Below are positions 9,531-19,109 of a stretch of 64,000 bases of DNA, in pieces (within the stretch, counting starts at the first letter, position 1; each line of letters begins with the position of its first letter). A program made the position numbers and the translations under genes. The notes under the pieces are model-generated. The model ran no database searches. It had not been told where the DNA came from and worked only from the letters and a program-made list of their open reading frames with translations. This DNA is from Escherichia coli (GTDB taxonomy: Bacteria > Pseudomonadota > Gammaproteobacteria > Enterobacterales > Enterobacteriaceae), in the NCBI RefSeq assembly GCF_044324875.1, contig NZ_CP172188.1, one strand, 5' to 3'.

Positions 9531-10286
9531 TTAACGCGTTTTTTCGCTGCTTTCCACTACCGGGGGATTTTTCCTCAGTGACTCTCCCTGAAGGACCACT
9601 CGGTGTGAGTTATGTACCAGTCTGTCCAGGATGGCATCTGCTGTTGTTGGGTTCTCCATCAGACCATGCCATTTATCTACCGGGAACTGGCTTACCACTA
9701 TCGTGCTGCTTTGTCCGTAACGATCCTCTATGAGCTCCAGAAGGTCATTACACTGGGCGTTACTTAACTGTTCCAGCCCCAGATCGTCCAGGATTAGAAC
9801 CTGTATTTTTTGCAACTGTTTCAGATATTTCAGCCAGCTGCCATCAACACGTCCCTGAGCCAGTTGTTCCAGTAATCGCCCGGTTCTACAGTACCGGACG
9901 CTGTGTTTCTGTCGACATGCCTGTTCGCCCAGCGCATTGGCTATCCAGCTCTTGCCACATCCTGTCGGACCGGTTATCAGCAGGTTTTTCCTGTGGGTTA
10001 TGTAGTGGCCGTTCAGCAGTTCTCTCATCTGTTCAGCCCGCAGACCTCTTGAGGCCGGATAGCGCAGCCCTTCCGGTGTTGCCTGGTATTTCAGGCCGGC
10101 ATTTTTTCTCAACCGTGCCACACGGCTGTTTTCCCTGCTCAGAAGCTCGTCATCAACCAGCAGCGTCAGCCTTTCCTCGAACGACAGTTCGTCGTAGGTC
10201 TGAGGCGTTTCCCGCTGCCGTATCAGGCTCCCGGCCATCGCCGGGAGTTTCAGTTGGGTCAGTTTGTTTAACAGGTTATCACTCAT
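9531..10286 (-). CDS. istB: IS21 helper ATPase IstB
   Basis: Walker A GPTGCGKS, DnaC-like; ORF 9531..10529 but the start matching family length is ATG at 10286 (MSDNLLNKLTQLKLP). Confidence 0.85.
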   Translation of the reverse strand: MSDNLLNKLTQLKLPAMAGSLIRQRETPQTYDELSFEERLTLLVDDELLSRENSRVARLRKNAGLKYQATPEGLRYPASRGLRAEQMRELLNGHYITHRKNLLITGPTGCGKSWIANALGEQACRQKHSVRYCRTGRLLEQLAQGRVDGSWLKYLKQLQKIQVLILDDLGLEQLSNAQCNDLLELIEDRYGQSSTIVVSQFPVDKWHGLMENPTTADAILDRLVHNSHRVVLQGESLRKNPPVVESSEKTR

Positions 10287-10302
10287 ACTGTTGTTCCTTC
10301 TG

Positions 10303-11838
10303 TCAGTGGTAGTAGCCCGGACCACGCAGGTTTTCATGCTCTGAAGCATATGCCGGATGTTGTTCGCCCTGGCGGGATAATGGAAGCTCCAGGTTCTCCC
10401 GATGGTGACGCAGCAGATTGTCGATAAAGCGTCTGTCAGGGGCGTTATAGTGCAGGGCAACGTAACAGGCCTTTTCCAGCCGTTCCGGGCCGTATTTTTT
10501 CTGAAGTGCCAGCAGCCCCAGAACTGCACGATAAGCCAGTTCCGGATGGGGTTTTGCCTTCAGCATGGATTCAACCACCCGGCCTGTGGACGGGCCCGTA
10601 CGTTTTCCCTGCTCGATCAGGCGTTCCGGTGTCCATGTCCCGTGCTGCCGGTGGCGCTCTGGCATGTGAAGCGGATTGGTTGTGTGTTTATATTCATGTG
10701 TGCTGCGCGGATGTTGCGCCACACACTGCCCCTTGTGCCAGAGCTGTACCACCGACTGCCCCGCCTTCAGTGACAGACGCTGACCGACCAGTTCGTGTGG
10801 AACGGAGTACCAGTGACGGGCATATTCAACGTGGTAGTCAGGGCCAACCTTCACAGCTTTGTATTCCGTGTATTCATAAGGTGCCAGAGGCAGCGGAGAG
10901 AGTGCTGGCGCATCCAGTATGCGGAAGCGTTCTGCACGGGTTTGATTGCCGTACCCCTTCATTGGCCGGTTATTCATGTCTGTCAGTAACTCCCTAAGGC
11001 GCGCATTCAGCGCCCTGAGCGTGTGGAAGGTTTCATTACGGATGCGGGCAAGAAGCCATCGTTCAACGATGAGGACGCCGTTTTCTGCTTTTGGTTTATC
11101 TTTAGGTTTGCGTGGTCGGGCCGGGATGATAACCGTGCCATAGTGCTCAGCCAGTGCCTGATAACTGTCGTTGATGACAGGCTCATATCGATCGGCCTTT
11201 TTCACTGCGCTTCTGAGGTTATCGGGGATGAGCAGCTTCGGTACGCCGCCCAGGAAGGTCAGGCAACGGCTGTGGGCATTTAACCATGACATCATGTCCT
11301 GACCTTCGCACGCTTCAACGTAGGTATAGTTGGACGCCCCCATTACGGCCACGAAGATTGCCACGCGGCGTATCTCACCGGTGTCCGGATTAATAACAGG
11401 AACCGTAGGACCACAGAAGTCGATAAAAAGCTTTTCGCCGGCACGATGCTCCTGGCGCATGGAGAGACGTCGCGTTTTTTTCCACTCCCGGTAGCAACGG
11501 CAGAAGTGCGAGTATCCCATCGCTTTGTTACCCGCCTGTGCCTTGTATTCCATCCACAACAGTTGCCGCGTCACACCTGGTTTTCTCATTTCCGTATCGA
11601 AGTACAACATGTCAGGCATTACAAGCTCTGATGCAAAGGTGTCTTTGGGCGGAAAAATGAGTTTCTCCAGCGTGTCATGGGATATATCAGCAGGTAATGG
11701 CCATGACAGAGAAGAGGCTTTGAAGCGGGCAAGAACCTCAAAAACGGTTGAGGCGCTGATGTGTAACGTCAGTCCGATACAACGGTTAGTCAGCTTCTTG
11801 TCGAACTTGAGCTGAAGGATCTTAAAACAGGTTTCCAT
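10303..11838 (-). CDS. istA: IS21 transposase IstA
   Basis: DDE transposase with N-terminal HTH; ORF 10303..11949, likely start ATG at 11838 (METCFKIL). Confidence 0.8.
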   Translation of the reverse strand: METCFKILQLKFDKKLTNRCIGLTLHISASTVFEVLARFKASSLSWPLPADISHDTLEKLIFPPKDTFASELVMPDMLYFDTEMRKPGVTRQLLWMEYKAQAGNKAMGYSHFCRCYREWKKTRRLSMRQEHRAGEKLFIDFCGPTVPVINPDTGEIRRVAIFVAVMGASNYTYVEACEGQDMMSWLNAHSRCLTFLGGVPKLLIPDNLRSAVKKADRYEPVINDSYQALAEHYGTVIIPARPRKPKDKPKAENGVLIVERWLLARIRNETFHTLRALNARLRELLTDMNNRPMKGYGNQTRAERFRILDAPALSPLPLAPYEYTEYKAVKVGPDYHVEYARHWYSVPHELVGQRLSLKAGQSVVQLWHKGQCVAQHPRSTHEYKHTTNPLHMPERHRQHGTWTPERLIEQGKRTGPSTGRVVESMLKAKPHPELAYRAVLGLLALQKKYGPERLEKACYVALHYNAPDRRFIDNLLRHHRENLELPLSRQGEQHPAYASEHENLRGPGYYH

Positions 11839-12228
11839 AGTGCTCCTGGATTTTCTCTTTCTGGACATTGACGTCTCCACTGGTTTAAACACGGCAATGG
11901 AGACTGTGGTGAAAAGAGTTAATTCCCGGAGTGACTGGCAGGATGCCAATCAATGATCGGAAGCATGCCAAATCGTGATCGATTGTGATGCCAAACTGTG
12001 ATCGGAGATGGATGCCAAATCATGATCGATTCGAATGCCAAACTGCGATCGATTCAGATGCCATTTTGCAGCCAAATTTCTGTCAAAAAATAAAATCCAC
12101 AAAAAGTGGTTGACACTATTTTGGAAATCACAAACTGCACATAATCCATCGCGCTAACGGCTCCCGTTGAAGGTTCTTTTGACGATTAACTTTCAGCCGA
12201 AGCGCGGTAGGGAGTCATAACGCCAAAG

Positions 12229-12256
12229 CAGGCCGCCATGTGCGGCCTTTTTTTGT
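12229..12256 (+). terminator. rho-independent terminator
   Basis: ggccgc-catgt-gcggcc hairpin followed by a run of seven T. Confidence 0.55.
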
Positions 12257-12281
12257 ATCCGTCATCCGTGGAGGAAGGACA

Positions 12282-12935
12282 ATGGAAAAGATCGCAATAT
12301 TCAGCCTGACCACCAGCAAGCCTCAAATGCTCACTGCAATACTGAAAGACGGTGCTCTCATTATTAACGAAGTAAAACCCCTTCCCGCGTCAGCATTGGA
12401 GCAAAAGCAAAAAATTCCTCCAGCTATAGCAGCCCTGCGGAAAAGCAAATTTAAGGTACTGGTAGACGAAATTACGCCAACGATCTCCGCTGGCACCGGA
12501 GCAAGCCAGGTTACTCTCAAGACCCGTCATGCCGATGGCAGAGCAGCAATCATCGTCGGGATGGAAAGATACAGAGAGTTAAAACTCCAGAAGCTATTAT
12601 CCCTGCCGCAAAATAACAAAGGTGCTTTCGAAATCCCTGACTCCATCGTTGACACCGAATACAACGGTAACGGAGAAGAAGTCTACCGGGTGAACTGGCA
12701 GGATATCAGGCCGGAACATATTCTGATGGTCCTGTGTTGCTACGCGACCGTATACCACAACGTTGCCAGTGCAGATTACGTAGAGCAGATGACCGGCACA
12801 GTCGAGAAAGAGCAAAAAACAGGCATACTCGCTTCGTTCCTGTCCATTATTGGGCATGAAAAAGTTGAAGCAGGCACCTCCCAGCCAAAGTCACTGGCTG
12901 GGAAAGAAGTTGATGAAGATACCGTGATACTTTGA
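12282..12935 (+). CDS. hypothetical protein (217 aa)
   Basis: ATG at 12282 with GGAGGAAGG RBS (ORF track begins at GTG 12240); no recognisable family. Confidence 0.5.
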   Translation: MEKIAIFSLTTSKPQMLTAILKDGALIINEVKPLPASALEQKQKIPPAIAALRKSKFKVLVDEITPTISAGTGASQVTLKTRHADGRAAIIVGMERYRELKLQKLLSLPQNNKGAFEIPDSIVDTEYNGNGEEVYRVNWQDIRPEHILMVLCCYATVYHNVASADYVEQMTGTVEKEQKTGILASFLSIIGHEKVEAGTSQPKSLAGKEVDEDTVIL

Positions 12936-13272
12936 TCACATTAGTAGCTTTGTTAACTCCCTCAATACCAGGTAGAAGAGTAACAAAAACACTGACGTGG
13001 ATACCTGCTGAGTTAAAGAAGCACTAATGAATTTATTCAATAAATCAATCAGCTTATTAAAAATATTCATCTTTTCGAATCCATTCGATCGGTAAATAAC
13101 ACCCAGCTCACTATCGAGCTGGTCCACGCCTTAAGATTAATGAAAGTCACTTGTTGACAGTCAATAAATTCCAGGGTGGCGAAAAAACTCTGTCTATACG
13201 GATAGTGCTTGCATTTTACTCTTTCTGCGTGTAGCGTATATACACAGGTTGCACGCACGAATGGAATTATTT

Positions 13273-13553
13273 TGATTAAGTCATTTCGCCATAAAGGGCT
13301 TGAACGCTTTTTCAAGACAGGTTCAACCGCAGGCATTCAGGCCAAACATGCGGTTAAGCTACGCATTCAATTGACTGCGCTTAATACAGCTAAACGCCCG
13401 GACGATATGTCTGCGCCTGGATGGGAATTGCACCCTCTAAAGGGGGCGGACCTTAAAGGTCACTGGGCAATATCGGTAAACGGTAACTGGCGACTTACCT
13501 TCCGATTTGAAGGAGAAGACGCAATTCTAGTTGACTATCAGGATTATCATTGA
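13273..13553 (+). CDS. higB: HigB-type toxin (plasmid maintenance killer protein family)
   Basis: (M)[13 protein letters not shown]...[40 protein letters not shown] matches this toxin family; family-typical start is TTG 13273 (ORF track ATG 13209). Confidence 0.75.
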
Positions 13554-13561
13554 GGAACACT

Positions 13562-13843
13562 ATGAGTCGTATGCATAATCCCGCGCATCCAGGCGCGGTT
13601 CTTCGTGAATATTTGGGAGACATGTCAGTCACAGACGCCGCTGCGGCATTAGGCATTACTCGCACGGCGCTTTCCCGAATTCTGAATGAAAAAGCAGGTA
13701 TATCTGCTGATATGGCACTTCGTCTGGAGTCCGCTCTTGGAACCAGTGCCGAAATGTGGACCGGTATGCAATCCCAGTATGAGCTTTGGGTTGCTTCGCA
13801 AACCACTCGCCCAAACATCCGTCCATTATTTTTCCACGCATAA
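13562..13843 (+). CDS. higA: HigA-type antitoxin (XRE helix-turn-helix)
   Basis: HTH region [42 protein letters not shown] directly after the toxin; ATG 13562 with GAGGAA RBS. Confidence 0.75.
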   Translation: MSRMHNPAHPGAVLREYLGDMSVTDAAAALGITRTALSRILNEKAGISADMALRLESALGTSAEMWTGMQSQYELWVASQTTRPNIRPLFFHA

Positions 13844-13935
13844 TTTCACAGCGTCACCAGGCCTGGTGACGCTGCTTTCTCGCATTTCACACCCTGCATA
13901 CAGTTTTCCCCAGGTTATGACTGAGGGGCTTTGTT

Positions 13936-14265
13936 ATGGGCTATAGCAGACTCGACGATAGGTACATTGAAGACGATATTTTTCGTGCGCTGTTTCACCA
14001 GGAAATGATTAAGCGGGTATCGGAGTATCACTCTGATAATTTCCAGTACACGATAAAGATTGATGAAGTATATCGTTCAGACCTTGCAGCCTACAGGGCG
14101 TATGGCAATGCAGATTTGCGCTGGGTATTCCGGGTGCTGGTGGGCCATGAGTCAGAAATGGAAGAAATGCCCGCCGGGACCACGTTAACTCTTCCTGATG
14201 TGGCATGGCTGAGGAATAAGATCCGTGATTACGCGAGCGCGGAACCGGAGATAGAAAATGCCTGA
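13936..14265 (+). CDS. hypothetical protein (109 aa)
   Basis: ORF whose stop overlaps the start of the next gene (operon). Confidence 0.45.
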   Translation: MGYSRLDDRYIEDDIFRALFHQEMIKRVSEYHSDNFQYTIKIDEVYRSDLAAYRAYGNADLRWVFRVLVGHESEMEEMPAGTTLTLPDVAWLRNKIRDYASAEPEIENA

Positions 14266-15448
14266 TTTCCTGAAAAACCAGGACGGGCGCTATATCACTG
14301 ACGGCCTGTCCTCTAAGGACTTCACGCGTTTATTCGACCTTATCAGGAAAGAACAAACCCGTAAGCGCCGGCAAGCTCACCGGACGCTGACGCCAGGTAG
14401 ACTGAGGAACAAATCCGCCGAAGATATTCTCAAGTTAGGGAAGAAAAAAGGCGGCACGTTCTTCACGCGAGACGACCTGAAAGGTTTCGAAAAGCTACGG
14501 AGTAAAACGCGCGAAAAATATGACAGCAAGACGGCTGGCATCACATACGCCCAGCTGGTGGCATCCAGCCAGGCAATCGATATTAAGCGTGCAAATAACG
14601 CCGTGGATGACGGATCTGGTATCAAAAGAGCTACACCCGTATCTCTTCGCCACAATGTGATTAATATCCGCGTAGAAGCATCGGATATATCCGTCCACCA
14701 GCACCATATCGTCCGGATACGCTTTGAAGAATGGGATCAGATGGTTGATGATATCGCAGAAGACGATAAATCAGCTCTCAAAATCACTAAATCACTGTGC
14801 GCCGGGCGAGTGTCTTTCGATTGTGACTGTGGTCGTCATCAATACTGGTATCGTTACATCGCCACTGCGGGTAACTTTGCCCTGGCACCGCCAAAAGAAT
14901 ACGCCTATCCAAAAGTTCGCAACCCGAAGCTGCAAGGCGTCGCCTGTAAACACGTGATCCACTCAATGACGCGGTTACAGTCCGCCAGTTGGCAAATGAG
15001 TATTGCTCGTGCGCTACAAAAGGCTGCAACGCAAATTGCATTTGGTGACGATCGCCGCCGTACAACCAAACACTTCTCAAAAGAAGACGAGAAGGAGTTT
15101 AATCGCAATCGTAGCAGTAAAACAAACGTTGAAGCCGCCAAACGCGAATGGAGGCTCTATCAGAAGCGCCAGGCAGCTTTAAGTACAAAACTGGCAAAGG
15201 ACAACGGCAATATCGACAAGCTACGTGACCAATTGACCAGGGCCAGAAAGTTGTCAGACGCACAGAAAAAACGGGCGGCTGCAAAAGAAGCGGCCTTGCA
15301 ACGTGAGAAACAGAAAAATAAGGAACTTCAGCAACGCCTTGCCGATCAGTTCGCACTGAAGAAGCAGGCGTTCATTGATGCGCTTGTCATGGCTGGAACA
15401 CCACCAGCACAAGCTGAAAAAATGTTCATGGAGTACATAAAAAATTAA
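14258..15448 (+). CDS. SWIM zinc-finger-containing protein with basic coiled-coil C-terminus (396 aa)
   Basis: CxC...CxH pattern (FDCDCGRHQYW...GVACKHVIH) consistent with a SWIM finger; K/R/Q-rich coiled-coil tail. Confidence 0.5.
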   Translation: MPDFLKNQDGRYITDGLSSKDFTRLFDLIRKEQTRKRRQAHRTLTPGRLRNKSAEDILKLGKKKGGTFFTRDDLKGFEKLRSKTREKYDSKTAGITYAQLVASSQAIDIKRANNAVDDGSGIKRATPVSLRHNVINIRVEASDISVHQHHIVRIRFEEWDQMVDDIAEDDKSALKITKSLCAGRVSFDCDCGRHQYWYRYIATAGNFALAPPKEYAYPKVRNPKLQGVACKHVIHSMTRLQSASWQMSIARALQKAATQIAFGDDRRRTTKHFSKEDEKEFNRNRSSKTNVEAAKREWRLYQKRQAALSTKLAKDNGNIDKLRDQLTRARKLSDAQKKRAAAKEAALQREKQKNKELQQRLADQFALKKQAFIDALVMAGTPPAQAEKMFMEYIKN

Positions 15449-15459
15449 CAAAGGTGGGT

Positions 15460-16200
15460 TTATCCCACCTTTTTATTAGCATCGCATTTAATTTTTTCAA
15501 GTGAATCAGAAAGCTTTGAGAGAATCTCCTCAAGTGTCTCCCTGTCATTTGTATCACCCGAACGAAAAGATGAGTTTTTCACGGCAGTAAAAAATTCATA
15601 AAAATCATCCAACGAATTTAAGCTCTCACCTTTCTCTCTATATAATTTAATAACATGACGGATATCGCTATCCACACATTCAATCTGTTCCCTAACTTCT
15701 TCTACCTTTCTTTTTAATGATTCATGTTCTTCTTTTTCTTTTTCAAGACGCTCTTCAACGTCTTTCCGTTTCTTAGTAAGATCATTAATGTCTCTGTTAA
15801 TTTTTCTTACTTGTTCTTTTTTGTCTTCAATTTTATCTATCTCTCTCAATTTAGCGTATATTGTGCCAGTCACCATAGAAATTAGTAAAGTTAACATTGG
15901 GGCTAATATTGAAGCCACAACACCATAAATAAAAGGCAAGACAAAATGAGCTACGAATGAGGGTACAAAAACATTCCCAAATAATGGAATCTTTTCCCCA
16001 ACAAACACCATAGATAATGTATACATAACATCATCTTTTGACTTCAACAATATAAATATATCTCGCCAGTTAGAAATTAAAAATGAAATAAAAATGTAGG
16101 CAAAAACCTTATTAAACAACTTATCTTTTACAGCATCTTCTATCAGATTTTGGGCGGATGATTTTTCATTTTCCTTTTCTATTGATGAATCAGTGCTCAT
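15460..16200 (-). CDS. membrane-anchored coiled-coil protein of unknown function (246 aa)
   Basis: Very AT-rich gene; N-terminal hydrophobic helices then a long charged coiled-coil (KEQVRKINRDINDLTKKRKDVEERLEKEKEEHESLKRK). Confidence 0.5.
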   Translation of the reverse strand: MSTDSSIEKENEKSSAQNLIEDAVKDKLFNKVFAYIFISFLISNWRDIFILLKSKDDVMYTLSMVFVGEKIPLFGNVFVPSFVAHFVLPFIYGVVASILAPMLTLLISMVTGTIYAKLREIDKIEDKKEQVRKINRDINDLTKKRKDVEERLEKEKEEHESLKRKVEEVREQIECVDSDIRHVIKLYREKGESLNSLDDFYEFFTAVKNSSFRSGDTNDRETLEEILSKLSDSLEKIKCDANKKVG

Positions 16201-16260
16201 ATAATCACCAAATATTTAAACCTTGATTTTATGTAAAATCGGCCCTCCAGACTGCCAAAC

Positions 16261-16641
16261 TTAAACACCAACTAGGCTTTCAAGAGGAATGCCAAACTGG
16301 GAATGTAAACGACGAATCATAGGTAACGTTAAATTTCGTGTCCCATTTAGCACTTCGTAAACACGATTTGACTTACCAATCGCCGGTTCCAGATCCTTCA
16401 CGGTCAACCCTTGCTATTCCATACGGGATTTAATGGCTTCAATAGGTGATGGCGGCTCAATTGGGTAATGTTTTTTCTCGTACTCCTCAATGAGAAGACA
16501 CATAACCTCCAAGAAATTACCTTCCGGGGTGTTCGTTTCCGGTTCGTTATCGAACATCGGTTCTACCGCACGCAGTGCGGCCTCATAATCTTGTTCTGTA
16601 CGGATAGTTTTAATGTTCATTAATTCCAAAGGAAAGCCCAC
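16261..16641 (-). pseudogene. HigA-like HTH antitoxin/regulator interrupted by an in-frame amber codon
   Basis: ORF 16414..16641 ends at TAG (16414-16416); same frame continues QGLTVKDLEPAIGKSNRVYEVLNGTRNLTLPMIRRLHSQFGIPLESLVGV to TAA at 16261 (hand-translated). Confidence 0.55.
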
Positions 16642-16676
16642 TTGTTAAGTGGGCTTTTTGTATGTGTTTTACTATA

Positions 16677-17015
16677 TCAGGCTGCTTTTTTATTCAGGTT
16701 CCGCTGAGAAATAAATTTTTCAGCAGTATTGATACGACTTAACTCTTCCTGAACGCGCATGTCATTTTCGACTTCCCACAGGTCTACTGCGGTCTGGAGA
16801 TTAATCCAAAAATCTACAGAAGTATCGAATGCTTTTGCCAGGCGATATGCCATATCCATCGTTAGCTTACGATTATTATTAACAAGAGCACTTACGGTGT
16901 TACGATGAACATGAAGTATTTCTGCTAACTCGTTGATCTTCAGCTCTAACGGCTCCAGGTATTCGTACAGCAGGATATCACCTACGGTCGTCGGTTTTCT
17001 GGTTGCCTGTTTCAT
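16677..17015 (-). CDS. higA: HigA-type antitoxin (HTH), second module
   Basis: HTH LAEILHVHRNTVSALVNNNRKLTMDMAYRLAKAF; immediately downstream of the toxin gene. Confidence 0.75.
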   Translation of the reverse strand: MKQATRKPTTVGDILLYEYLEPLELKINELAEILHVHRNTVSALVNNNRKLTMDMAYRLAKAFDTSVDFWINLQTAVDLWEVENDMRVQEELSRINTAEKFISQRNLNKKAA

Positions 17016-17085
17016 TTTTTGCCCTTACTAGCGTGCGTATTAAGTGGACTCTGGTCAGAACCCGGTCCGTAACCGGGTATCTGTT

Positions 17086-17388
17086 TTAGTATTTGTGAGG
17101 GTCGAGATACAAGTCCTCGGCCTTTCCGTTAACCCACTTAAAAATTAACCTATATTGCTTATTCACCCTTACTGATGAATAGCCATTTAGCTTCCCTGAC
17201 AGTTCCTCATACCGATTACCTGGTGGTGATCTTAAATCCTTACAGGTAGTTGCGGCATTGATAATGTCCAACTTCCGTGACAATGTCATATGAATATCAG
17301 GAGGTATCTTTCTATGTGGTGTTGAAAATTCAAAAAAATCATCAAGCCACGCATCCCTGAAATCCTTTATGTTAATTTTTTTGGTCAT
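17086..17388 (-). CDS. higB: HigB-type toxin (killer protein family), second module
   Basis: NRYEELSGKLNGYSSVRVNKQYRLIFKW...LYLDPHKY fits the toxin family; palindromic operator-like gcgcactgttgcactgtgcgc upstream. Confidence 0.75.
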   Translation of the reverse strand: MTKKINIKDFRDAWLDDFFEFSTPHRKIPPDIHMTLSRKLDIINAATTCKDLRSPPGNRYEELSGKLNGYSSVRVNKQYRLIFKWVNGKAEDLYLDPHKY

Positions 17389-17550
17389 TAGTCATTTGAT
17401 CCTCCGTGATGATTACCGAATGCCATAACTATAGCGCACTGTTGCACTGTGCGCAAGTGCATTTTATGAATTCCCCCTCCTTCATCCAAAATCACAATCT
17501 CCCGAAAATCTTCCTTTCGATACCTGACAGATCGACCTTTGAGGATGCTT

Positions 17551-18342
17551 ATGGGCCGTTTTGACGAATGGTTTGCTGACGATGCAAACCTGGCAAGTAA
17601 GGAGTCAGAACATGACAGCACGCAGAGAGAAACGCCAGCACCGATTGAAGCGAATGCAGGAGGCGCGCCGGAACATGGCAATACCGGTTCGGATTCATTC
17701 AGCATTCTGGAAGAGCAACCCGCCGCCAAAGCTGATAGCCATGATAATTTTGCTGATAGCAACGGTGGCCTTACTTCGGATGCTGGCGAATCAGATATAG
17801 CCATACTTCCATCTTCCCTGGCTGGCAGAGAACCGACTCCACAGTTAAAAGCACGCTATAACGGGCATAAAGCCTTTAACGACCAAATCCGCGCAGACTG
17901 GATGCTGATTATTGAATCCAGCCCAGACGCGTTTCAGGCTCTCTTATATCGACCAGATGTTGGCACATATGGGGTAGTCAGCGACGAAACAGGAGAAGAG
18001 TCATTCACCGAACTGGATAACAACCAACGCGAACTGACTTACCAGGAACCTGAAATCGTTTATGTGCTGGATAACCCTGACGGGCGTGACTCTTTCCATG
18101 CGATTGACGCAGACGGTGAGCAGGATGGCTTAACCGATGATGTTCTGATTCTGCGTATTGCAGCAAATAACGTCCCCGTCGGCTCAATTCTTGAATGGAA
18201 TGAAGAGATGGTAAACGGCGTAGCGCGCCGCTGGTGGTACGTGCACCGTATTTTTAGCTACGGCACACAGCATGTTGGTTCGCTTTACTACTGCATACCT
18301 GCCAGGAATTTTGATACGACTCAAAACGGAGTGATCGAATGA
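17551..18342 (+). CDS. acidic phage structural/baseplate-module protein (264 aa)
   Basis: ATG 17551 with TGAGG RBS; first gene of four translationally coupled genes ending in a spike-like protein. Confidence 0.45.
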   Translation: MGRFDEWFADDANLASKESEHDSTQRETPAPIEANAGGAPEHGNTGSDSFSILEEQPAAKADSHDNFADSNGGLTSDAGESDIAILPSSLAGREPTPQLKARYNGHKAFNDQIRADWMLIIESSPDAFQALLYRPDVGTYGVVSDETGEESFTELDNNQRELTYQEPEIVYVLDNPDGRDSFHAIDADGEQDGLTDDVLILRIAANNVPVGSILEWNEEMVNGVARRWWYVHRIFSYGTQHVGSLYYCIPARNFDTTQNGVIE

Positions 18343-19106
18343 CTTCAAATAAAACCCTCCTGGCGCGAACAGGTGAATGGCAAACCTCACGCACAGGAAA
18401 ATTCCAGACCACGGGCTTTGAAAACGTGGATAACGCGTTTGCGACGCTAATCAGCAACATTTTTTCTGATATCTTACTGGTGGCCCCCGCGCCGGAAGAA
18501 AAACGCTTTGCGTCATTCCTGAATCGTCCACCAGCAGAGCGTGTCTATGTGGCCCGTTTCGACAATGCGATCGAGTTTCTTAAAGCAGTTCGTCGCGCAA
18601 ATGCCGGGCAAGGGAGAAAACCTGAAAACCAGAACATTAACCGGGATGCTCTCCCCCTGGTCAATATCTCACGCAATATGGATATCAATTATATCAACGA
18701 TGATCAGCAGATTGACCGCAAAAAAGTAGCCAGTTTTTGCGAACCGGATACCGGAATGCCTTTAGCAGAACTGGAATACACCCAGGCCATTCTGACGTAT
18801 GACGTTACGTTAATGGCAACTGATAAAGCGACCATGAGTCTGATGTGTAATTCGCTGGGCGCACGGCTTCGCCTGATGACAGGTACACAATTTGAAGCAA
18901 CCACTCACCTTGTTCGTGTCCCGGTCCCGCTGATTAGCTCGATACAGGATGCCAAAGAAGTCGGCTTTACGGATGTTTCAGCACCAATTGGAGAAGAGCG
19001 TATTTATGCCACACAAGCGCCGATAAGTGTGATTGCAGACGTGATCACAGCATGGGAGTTGGACGCAAAACGTATTATTACCGAAACCTCGATATCTATG
19101 GGGTGA
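18339..19106 (+). CDS. phage baseplate-module protein (255 aa)
   Basis: ATGA overlap with the upstream gene; operon context. Confidence 0.45.
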   Translation: MTSNKTLLARTGEWQTSRTGKFQTTGFENVDNAFATLISNIFSDILLVAPAPEEKRFASFLNRPPAERVYVARFDNAIEFLKAVRRANAGQGRKPENQNINRDALPLVNISRNMDINYINDDQQIDRKKVASFCEPDTGMPLAELEYTQAILTYDVTLMATDKATMSLMCNSLGARLRLMTGTQFEATTHLVRVPVPLISSIQDAKEVGFTDVSAPIGEERIYATQAPISVIADVITAWELDAKRIITETSISMG

Positions 19107-19109
19107 TAA

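Larger units (their letters stand above)
9418..12085. mobile_element. IS21-family insertion sequence (istA-istB); ends approximate
   Basis: istA/istB pair; both ends carry multiple inverted copies of a gatgccaaaTCGTGATCGATT-type repeat (9440-9520, 11940-12070). Confidence 0.7.

Noticed and set aside
9917-11283. Plus-strand ORFs within the IS21 element
   Set aside because: Antisense to istA/istB, which have clear family signatures.
17388-17804. 138-aa minus-strand ORF overlapping the start of the 17551 structural gene
   Set aside because: Overlaps the RBS and start of a translationally coupled plus-strand operon; no RBS of its own.
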